From: Flectonema sp. DT1601
Taxonomy: Eukaryota
Assembly: GCA_964019425.1 (NCBI GenBank)
Contig: OZ025795.1
Coordinates: 310,001 to 374,000 of the forward strand
Length of the DNA: 64,000 nt
Direction of reading: 5' to 3'
In this document: one piece after another, positions 55,911 to 64,000 of the stretch
How the letters are laid out: the number at the start of each line of letters is the position of its first letter
Position numbering within the stretch: position 1 is the stretch's first letter
The notes under the pieces: model-generated
The model's input: the letters and a program-made list of their open reading frames with translations, nothing else
The model's database searches: none
Told to the model about the DNA's origin: nothing
Made by a program: the position numbers and the translations under genes

Positions 55911-58900
55911 TTATGCTGTGTTGTTGAGTCTGCGATAACGTGAATGTGCTGCCGTTGAGGGTCGTTCTGTGGATGGTTGAATAGGAATCTTGTGAGAGTA
56001 CCACAACATTCTATTTAAACAACTATCTGTTATCTCATCTGTGGATGCGTTGGCACCGTTTACTAAGTACTTTTGAGCGAAGGTACGAAATCCACCAGCC
56101 TTGTGCCGTCGTTGCTGCTCTCTCTTGAGACGGAGTTCTCTAAGAAAATCTTCTCTGCATCGAATTTCCTGATGTGATAAATCAATAACAAGCTGACGAT
56201 GATTCTGCTCCTCATCCCAAATTTTCGCAACCCTACTGAGGTAGCTGTTCAACAACAGTTTTGGTAACTGGATATTTAATAAAGAAGGTGGTAGACTTTG
56301 CTTTGCAGTCAAGGCAATGTGTGTGAATCCCAATGCCCAAGATGATTTTATTAACACCCTCTCGCGGTTCTCTCGAAGGTAATATTTCCAGAAATACCAA
56401 ACTCGTTGTAGTTTCATAGCAGCGGCGATGTGTAACAATTTCCCAACGCATATCCAACTCTTTATTACAGAATCCGCACCCCTCCGTCGTAATTCAACTC
56501 TCCAGTAGAATTGGATGGTTGCAATTGCTCTGCGGCGGTGCATTACAAGGACGCCAGCTCGTAAGAATTTCGTAATTTTTCTTGCAGCTCGATCTCGTCG
56601 TTTAGCACGACTCTTTCTGTGAAGTCGATACCAAGCTTGAATCTGAAGTGTTGGAGCAAGAGCTGGCCGCTTCCACTGAATCCAAGCTCTCCAACAGAGT
56701 TGGACGGCCATCGCTGCCCATGCCTGTTCTCTTCCAAGAACTGCAACATTCTCTTGATACGATTCGTTACACATTCCTTCGATTGTCTTTCTAGAGAGTG
56801 CTACTCTCCAGGCTCTCTGAATAGTTAGTATTGATTCGTGAGTTATATTCTTATCATGAGACCACATGTTTCCCTTTTCTTGAAGAGCCAACATACGAAT
56901 GTGACGTTTTAGACGAACATTTCTTGCGGCAAGTCTTCCTCTCCGACCTCTGTAACAAGATTGTATTCTGAGACAGCAGTTGGTTAATATTGCCGTCATG
57001 GCCCTGTCCTGTTTACATTCGTGATCGACGCGATTATCTTCGGTTCTCTTCTTCTTTTCAAATAAGCTCTTCAATAGCGACTGCGCTACTGACCGTCTGA
57101 ATGCCGATTGTAGTTTGACTGCTGCCTTTTCACCAGCAGCAATGTCGTAGTAATTATCATTCGCTACGCGGGTTTCAGTAATCTCGTGAAGGACTCTCTT
57201 CCTTCGGAAGAGTTCTCGCCGAGCTCTGTAAAACGCTACCCAGTAAGAGCTGTGTGTTTTTACTTTTTGAACTACTTCATCCTGGTAGTTCTCTATCTCT
57301 ACTCGTTTCTTTTGAAGTAGGATGTTGTTTTGAATCTTTTGTCGTAAGTCTAGTCTCACGGAATAGTTTCGCCATTCGGTTTGAATTTGCTTTGCGAATT
57401 CTGACCAGCGTATGTCCCTGACGTAGATTTCAATAAGTTTTGTTAAATGTCGTACATGTGCGATGGCCTGATGACGCCTCACGATTGATTGTATTCGAAC
57501 TGCACTCTCAGTTCTGATAACAAGTTGATACGCAGTATTCTCTTTAGACATTAAGGCTGCTATGTATTCCTGTGATGATAGTTGTCTTCGATAAAGTCTG
57601 ACACGTGCTCGAAATGATCTCGCCGCTTGCTGGAGTGTTATCGGAATGTTAGTACATGAGATATTCTCAAACCAAACTCTTGAACTGTTCCACTCGTTGT
57701 TATTATGGATCATTGTTTTCAATTGTTGTTTTGCTGAAAGTACTCTTCTATGTTCCTTCCAGAGTTCACTAATCTTAATAATGAATGCTTCGAGAGCATT
57801 CTCTGATGATAATAAATCTAAAATATTATTCTGAACAGTTGTTTTGATTATTCTAATCTTCTCTTTCGATTGGATCATCGCTGACTGCATTCGATACCAC
57901 TGTTGAATTCTTACTGTCATATTGTGTTTGTCTTTTATAACTTCCTCCTGAAGTCTTGTTGTGTTGTAGAGTTTAATATGCTTTGATAAGAAGAATCGTT
58001 TTCGGTATCCTAACAATATCAACAGTCGATTAACTGATGGTGATTCCTCAATACAATTCTCTACGCGAATACGATTGTTGTTGTTTGTTTGAATTGCTAT
58101 TTGTAGTTTACGTCTGCAGTAAATAGCTCTGAGAACCAGAATCGAATTCCTGAAAGCGAGGATCTCAGTTTGGTATTCCAATCCGTGAAGCTGCTTAATG
58201 TAATTACCAATTGCTAACTTTCTGTTTTGAAATTCCAAAACAGCAGCTCTATTTCTACCTAATCTCTGAATGGTTTGAGAGCTGATATCTCTGATGTTGT
58301 CTCGTTGAATCTGTGTTGTGATATAAAGTTGAACGACATGTTTAGTGTTACTGACAGTCATTTTAGACAAACAGGATTTCATCCAATATTGTATTGTGGT
58401 AGCAGCATGTGTGGTTCTGTCTTTTGTTATCAACTCAGTTATGTAATTCTTCACGTTGACAGATATCATCTCATATTGGATTCTAGTGACGTACCCTTTC
58501 CAGACTTTCTGAATTATGTTCGCTACCTGGTGTGGGTTTGAGTGTATTTCGAGGATCTTTTGAATGTAAGTTTCAACATTTCCTTTAATCGCAGTGTACT
58601 TGAGTCGTGCTAAGTACCCTCGCCAGTTCTTTTGAATAACACAACACGCAGAGTGCTCATGTCTTTCTATCACTACAAATATCTTTAAGTAGTCGCAGAC
58701 AGCAGATTGTCTTTTTGTAAATAATGTGCGAGAATGGTGACACCTCCACGTTCTCTGAATGCAACAAGCAGGTTGATAATACGTATCTACTCCCTTAAGA
58801 AGCTTCAGGTAGTCGCCTACAGCGGTCTCCCTTTTTATTAACAACTTGCGAGATTGATGACACGCCCATGCTCTCTGAATGCAACAGACAGACTGAAATT

Positions 58901-60479
58901 GTTCCTCAAGAAGAAGAAGGTGGCTCACGTAATCGCATACAGCTGTCTGCTTTTTTGCGAACAACAGTCGAGAACGGTGGCACTTCCATGCTCTTTGAAT
59001 GCAGTGGATGGGTTTATCGTAACCGTCACTTCTTGTAAGCAGCCTCAAGTAGTCGTCTGCAGTGGTTTGCCTTTTCGTAAACAACTTGCGAGCTTGTTGA
59101 CATTTCCATGCTCTCTGAATGCAACAGGCAGACTGAAATTGTTTTTCAAGGAGAAAAAGATGCTCCAAGTGGTGACGCACAGCCGTCTGCTTTCTTACAA
59201 ACAACAAACGACATTGATGCTGTCTCCAGTACCTTTGAATTATACGAGCTGGTTGATTACAAGTCTCAAAGAAATGAAGATTATTTAGGTAATCGCGTGC
59301 AGTAATTTGTTTTCTTGCAAATAACCCACGGGAGTAGTGACACTTCCAAAATCTTTGAATAGCAGCAGCGTTATTGTTTAGATTGATTACTGATTCAGAC
59401 TCCAGTAACTTAGTTTGGAATTCGATTTGTGAGCTTTTCTTTTTAAATAACAGCTGCCGAGCACAATAACATCTCCAACTCTTCTGAATGATTAAAACTG
59501 CAGGACACTCAAATACAACAGTCTTTATGTAGCTTTGAGTGACTGATTGCAGGTGTTTGAAATTAGTAACCGTCTTAAGACCTTTCCAGATCTTTTGAAT
59601 AGTGATTGCTGCATTATCATTGACATTCATCGTCTTTATATAAGATCGTATGTTGGAAACCTTTTTACTAAGAATTCCAGTTGCTGAAAACCTTCTCCAA
59701 TTTCTTTGAATAATTATTGCGAAAACATCATCATCAACAATCCGCAAACATAAATTATTGATGTGCGATTTAACTTCATTCAATTTTTGTTGAAGTTGTT
59801 TACATGCGAGACGTCTTTTCCAAATTTTTTGAATCACAACAGCCGCATAATATTCTCGATCGTTGCTTAGGTAGTTCCGTATGGCGACTACTTTGCTCTT
59901 ACAAACTGAAAGTGAATAATGTCTTCTCCAATTTGTTTGTATAAGGATCGCTGGGTGATGTGGAATTTCCTGTCTCCCTGTTATGTATTTATGAACAGCT
60001 TTCCTCAATCTAAAATAATATTTCATCGCTAATCGTCTTCTCACGGCTGATTGTATTCTGCAACAGGCATAGTCTTCGCGTATTTCTTGTTGCGCGTTTT
60101 TCAATCTAAAGCTGCGAATGATCTGTTGTTTGGTTGTGACTCTCTCGCAGCTTTGAAGTCTTCGTATCCAACGCTGGATTGATGTGGCAGCATTTTGATG
60201 ATAAATAGGAATTTCTTCGTGTTGGCTGTCGATGATGTATTTTTGTATTGTTTTTAATTTTCGTTTTAAATTGTTTCGTGCCAACACCATTCTCATCCAA
60301 TTTTGAATCAACAAAACATTTTTAAGAATCATTTTATTACTCTCAGATGTGATTCTATTCTCATTATAGACGTTAATTCGTGACTCACGTACCTCTCTCT
60401 CTGTCACTGCAACAACCCTCCTCCAGTTCCGCTGGATTACATTTACCGCCTTAACAGAATCGTTATACAGTTCCGTCAT
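55911..60479 (-). CDS. IQ calmodulin-binding repeat protein (ASPM-like repeat region, 1522 aa)
   Basis: More than 25 IQxxWR/IQxxWK motifs at roughly 40-aa spacing. No CH domain recognised. Confidence 0.8.
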   Translation of the reverse strand: MTELYNDSVKAVNVIQRNWRRVVAVTEREVRESRINVYNENRITSESNKMILKNVLLIQNWMRMVLARNNLKRKLKTIQKYIIDSQHEEIPIYHQNAATSIQRWIRRLQSCERVTTKQQIIRSFRLKNAQQEIREDYACCRIQSAVRRRLAMKYYFRLRKAVHKYITGRQEIPHHPAILIQTNWRRHYSLSVCKSKVVAIRNYLSNDREYYAAVVIQKIWKRRLACKQLQQKLNEVKSHINNLCLRIVDDDVFAIIIQRNWRRFSATGILSKKVSNIRSYIKTMNVNDNAAITIQKIWKGLKTVTNFKHLQSVTQSYIKTVVFECPAVLIIQKSWRCYCARQLLFKKKSSQIEFQTKLLESESVINLNNNAAAIQRFWKCHYSRGLFARKQITARDYLNNLHFFETCNQPARIIQRYWRQHQCRLLFVRKQTAVRHHLEHLFLLEKQFQSACCIQRAWKCQQARKLFTKRQTTADDYLRLLTRSDGYDKPIHCIQRAWKCHRSRLLFAKKQTAVCDYVSHLLLLEEQFQSVCCIQRAWACHQSRKLLIKRETAVGDYLKLLKGVDTYYQPACCIQRTWRCHHSRTLFTKRQSAVCDYLKIFVVIERHEHSACCVIQKNWRGYLARLKYTAIKGNVETYIQKILEIHSNPHQVANIIQKVWKGYVTRIQYEMISVNVKNYITELITKDRTTHAATTIQYWMKSCLSKMTVSNTKHVVQLYITTQIQRDNIRDISSQTIQRLGRNRAAVLEFQNRKLAIGNYIKQLHGLEYQTEILAFRNSILVLRAIYCRRKLQIAIQTNNNNRIRVENCIEESPSVNRLLILLGYRKRFFLSKHIKLYNTTRLQEEVIKDKHNMTVRIQQWYRMQSAMIQSKEKIRIIKTTVQNNILDLLSSENALEAFIIKISELWKEHRRVLSAKQQLKTMIHNNNEWNSSRVWFENISCTNIPITLQQAARSFRARVRLYRRQLSSQEYIAALMSKENTAYQLVIRTESAVRIQSIVRRHQAIAHVRHLTKLIEIYVRDIRWSEFAKQIQTEWRNYSVRLDLRQKIQNNILLQKKRVEIENYQDEVVQKVKTHSSYWVAFYRARRELFRRKRVLHEITETRVANDNYYDIAAGEKAAVKLQSAFRRSVAQSLLKSLFEKKKRTEDNRVDHECKQDRAMTAILTNCCLRIQSCYRGRRGRLAARNVRLKRHIRMLALQEKGNMWSHDKNITHESILTIQRAWRVALSRKTIEGMCNESYQENVAVLGREQAWAAMAVQLCWRAWIQWKRPALAPTLQIQAWYRLHRKSRAKRRDRAARKITKFLRAGVLVMHRRRAIATIQFYWRVELRRRGADSVIKSWICVGKLLHIAAAMKLQRVWYFWKYYLRENRERVLIKSSWALGFTHIALTAKQSLPPSLLNIQLPKLLLNSYLSRVAKIWDEEQNHRQLVIDLSHQEIRCREDFLRELRLKREQQRRHKAGGFRTFAQKYLVNGANASTDEITDSCLNRMLWYSHKIPIQPSTERPSTAAHSRYRRLNNTA

Positions 60480-60995
60480 TTATTATTATGAGACGGCATT
60501 GCTGTAAATAGAACTAAAAGAGAAATTAAAAGTTAAATTTGGAATTACTCTTCAGAAAAGATAACGACCTCCGTAAATGGTCAGATAAATATTTTGTGTG
60601 GATAGCTTCCAGTGAGAGGACTGGACGAATCCCCAGAGCATCCAACAACAACAAAAAAAATATATTTTTAAAAAAAAAAAATCAAGGCAAGGAAGCATAT
60701 TAACAAACAATTATGAATTATAATAAAAATAAAAACGAAAAACGAAAACAATAATAGGTTTTTAACTAACTGAATCGAATGGTGCACGAAAAAATCTTTT
60801 TTCAATAATATTATCCTCTCTCAGGTAAGCTAATATTGCATTATATTTTACTTACAAATTAACAAACAATCACTTTTGTGAGTACACAAAAAAACGTGTC
60901 ATCTCTAATATGTGTTGTAAAAGATAAAATAGCAACAAAAGAGTCTTGAGATTACTATTTGTTCACATCAAATAATAAATAATAATTCCAAACAA

Positions 60996-61829
60996 TTATG
61001 TATACACAAACAATAATATCAATACGAGTATCCAATCTGTTTCAGTTTGTGGTAACGTGTCTAACCAAGTACCAACCCTCCAAGCAGCAGTGGCAATGAG
61101 AAAACTAATAAAAATAGTACTGGACATCAGTACTACGATTCGAAACCAAGGCGTTGGATTTATAGCGTGAATAATGTAATGTCTGTTAACGTGAGGACAC
61201 AAAGCAACAGGATTTAGAGAAAACCACCACTTCAGAGTTGCTGAACAAACATACCAACCAAGTACGAACAGAGGGATGAATAAAATACCCGCTGCTGACA
61301 CAGTCCACACTCTCCAAGAAAAGTGAACAACATCAATAATTGCCAACACTGTTGGGTAGAACAACATATCCTGAACAAAGTCACGAATCTGAACGAGGAT
61401 TCGAAGAGCAGCACTCCCAGCATCGTTTGCTTCTTTTGATAGTAATTTTGCTGCTCGCAACTTTGTTGGATATAATAAACATATTTCAGCTAACTCTTTG
61501 TGAAGTTCATCAGAATCATGTTCTGCGATACAGATTAAATGATCAGAAGAAACACGTTCGAATATCTGACGACGATCACCTTTTAAAACACTAACAACAA
61601 CACTTCTTAATAAACTGTTAGTGTGAGCAAGCAAGAGCGCCTGTTGGATATTTACAACAGACATCTGTTTCTCGAATATATAAGAAAGGATTTGACTCCA
61701 ACAGTCTACAGGGATACCCATTCCTAAATATCTTAAATCAGCGACTACTGATCGTGGTATCACTTGTGGAACGCTTAATAAAGGAATTCGTTCTTCCCTT
61801 TCATTCTCTTCTTCAAATATCCTCAGCAT
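60996..61829 (-). CDS. Hypothetical membrane protein with F-box-like motif and 3-4 C-terminal TM helices
   Basis: IPVDCWSQILSYI resembles the F-box LP.E....I.SYL pattern; hydrophobic C-terminal helices. Confidence 0.5.
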   Translation of the reverse strand: MLRIFEEENEREERIPLLSVPQVIPRSVVADLRYLGMGIPVDCWSQILSYIFEKQMSVVNIQQALLLAHTNSLLRSVVVSVLKGDRRQIFERVSSDHLICIAEHDSDELHKELAEICLLYPTKLRAAKLLSKEANDAGSAALRILVQIRDFVQDMLFYPTVLAIIDVVHFSWRVWTVSAAGILFIPLFVLGWYVCSATLKWWFSLNPVALCPHVNRHYIIHAINPTPWFRIVVLMSSTIFISFLIATAAWRVGTWLDTLPQTETDWILVLILLFVYT

Positions 61830-62134
61830 TTGATCAGATTGTAGTTATATAATCATTTGTTATGTGTGTGGGGATGTGGTGTTCTCTATAATGTTAAGGA
61901 ATGGGATTTAATCAAATTAATAATAAAGTATTTCAATAAAAATTGCTGACAAAACCAAAAAAACAAAAAACAAAAAAACACTTTTTTTTTTATTTTCCAT
62001 CATGATCACACTTACTAAACTGAAATCAAAGATAAGAGACTGAGACCCGACAGCCACAGCCCTGACGCATAGTAACGAAAGAAAAGCAATATTTTTATTC
62101 ACAAATAGTAGTAAAAGTAGTACTCTACCATCAA

Positions 62135-63691
62135 CTACTGTTTAAAGTACCTTGAGAAAGCTTTCATGTACGGCATCTTTCGTACTAGTTGTCTCCAGAA
62201 GTCTTCGACGGTTTTAATATCTTTATGACGTCTGTTCATATTCTTAGACACTCTCAAAACCATTAAATTCCATTTCGTGACGTTAACAGGAAGCTCTTCG
62301 TCGTCGTATTGAACGTGAAAACCGGCTATTTTACTGTTTTTTTTTGGGAATAAAATGTGTTGATTGTCTTATTTAGGTGGATATTGATTTTTTTTAAAAA
62401 AAGAAAATAATAATAATAAAGCATACTTTAATACATCACGAGGTTCAGCTTTCTCCTTATCTCCATAGAATCCTTCAAATTGCCATTTTTGACCAGACAC
62501 CAAAATTGCACAGACATAAGGCCATTCTTCTGGTCTCCTGTAGTTGTTTTAGTTTTTTTTTTTTTTTGTCTTTTTTTGTTTTTTTCTGTTTCAAAATAAA
62601 TTAAATACAAACATTTGCTTCACATTATCTCTAACAAGAAAATCTGTGAAAGGACAGTTAGACCTGTCGACTTTCATAACCTGACCTGACGGTAGGATTT
62701 CATGTTTAACCTTCAGAGGATCCTCCCACTTACCAGATGCTAAGAATGATCTCGCATTTCTTATATTAACAGCTGAAGTGATAGAACTCGGAACGAATAT
62801 GATTGGACGGATCGAAGGAGTTAATGAAAGCTGTTTTGGTAAAGACTTCGAAAGGACTCTAATCGTTCTTGTTAAGATCTTGTGGATGTGTTCATTAGTA
62901 GCGTGTGGTTGAAACGAATTACGAATACTGTCGTATCCGAAACACTCGTCTCTAAATGAACATAACTTCTTACTGACAACATAGTTGACAGGTGCTAAGG
63001 CTTTTACTTTTAGTGTTTCTATGTCGTATTCAGACATTCTCTTTAGGATTTGCTCACATCTGTCATGACATTGTTTTAATTTCTTATTACTATTAGTTGG
63101 TCTTACAGCAGGACCAATTGCAGGTCCAATAATTGGTGTTGCTCCTGACAACCGAGACGATGTCTGCGATCCAATGTCATCATAAACGGGACTCGCTTCA
63201 TACGCAGTTTTTGGTCGTTTTTTACGATATTTTGTTATATCTGTGTGGCTTCCAGCATCTCTACTGCTTCGGGTACCCGCAGAAGACAGGTATTCACTTG
63301 CACTAATTTCACTACCACCTCCATAGTTTGATACCTGACCAGTGATATTAATTACTGAATCAAAGAAACCTTCTTGTTGAGAAGGAACATCTTTACCCAT
63401 TTTTTGATACAAGAAGTCGTGAACTTTTGCTTTTCTTGATCTCAAACTCTCACCCACACTGATTAGAGGAGTTGTATGTTTCTCTGTCTGTGCAGTACTC
63501 GATGATATTAACTGTCGAAGAGACTCTCTTGGTAGCTCTGCAGCAACAGCGTTATTCATGCTATTTATATCATGGAGGGTGGGATAAGTTTCAGAAGCAG
63601 TAGGTTCATCATTTGATGCGAAGTATCTATCGACGTAAGTCTCCCACTCAGAATAAGCGCTTTCAAAAGTCTTCTTTTCGGTGGTCGTCAT
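62135..63691 (-). CDS. CDC73: CDC73/parafibromin (Paf1 complex, 462 aa); exons 63691-62613, 62537-62427, 62333-62135
   Basis: PIIFVPSSITSAVNIRNARSFL. Spliced exons give MRPEEWPYVCAILVSGQKWQFEG and GFHVQYDDEELPVNVTKWNL..RRHKD..FWRQL, matching the Cdc73 C-terminal domain. Confidence 0.88.
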
Positions 63692-64000
63692 TTTTCCTAC
63701 CTGCCTATGGGGGAGAAAAAAAAAATTCAACAAAAAAAAAAAAAAAAAAAAAAAAACCTCACCAAATATCACTCATAACATTAGTTGCTGTAATAAAGAA
63801 GAATCATTCAATGGATGTGTTTTAAAAAATAAAAAATTTCTTTTTTTCTTTTTTTCCCCCAGGGATAGGACAGAAAAAAGAAAAAAAATAAGAGGGAAGA
63901 CACCACTGCAGTTCCCCTCGAAAAGTATCAAAAGAAAAAAAAAATTATTATTCATAAGCCTATATTATGTAAAGAAAGTGAGCTCCAGGAGAAGCTTTAA

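Noticed and set aside
17347..63772. Apparent frameshifts, premature stops or an alternative genetic code in RPC2, PC, adhesin, NXPE and CDC73
   Set aside because: All breaks are resolved by in-frame GT-AG introns under the standard code.

Overview
Eukaryotic, AT-rich nuclear DNA, most likely a euglenozoan that has cis-introns (diplomenid-like; inferred, not proven). All 19 protein-coding genes I can support lie on the minus strand, as in a polycistronic unit; the only clear plus-strand gene is a tRNA-Val(CAC). Recognisable genes: Rab GDI, RNA Pol III subunit RPC2, dihydroxy-acid dehydratase, pyruvate carboxylase, KDSR and CDC73. Also present: two PPR proteins, an NXPE/SGNH esterase, an IQ-repeat protein, two coiled-coil proteins, and several unusual multidomain proteins (DUF924+FSH1+LRR; WW+inactive metacaspase; C2+UVR+3xUbl; a bacterial-type cadherin-like adhesin). 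Two features are invisible to the ORF track. (1) The 2.3-kb 'repeat' at 10278-12545 is a mosaic tandem snoRNA cluster: six box C/D families and two single-hairpin AGA-box H/ACA RNAs, with guides matching conserved rRNA sites. (2) All 17 reconstructed GT-AG coding introns end in an A/C-rich tract plus CAG, whereas AGs upstream of start codons (putative spliced-leader acceptors) carry U/C-rich tracts. This suggests a sequence code separating cis- from trans-splicing. rRNA sequences and modification numbers are recalled from memory and need checking.
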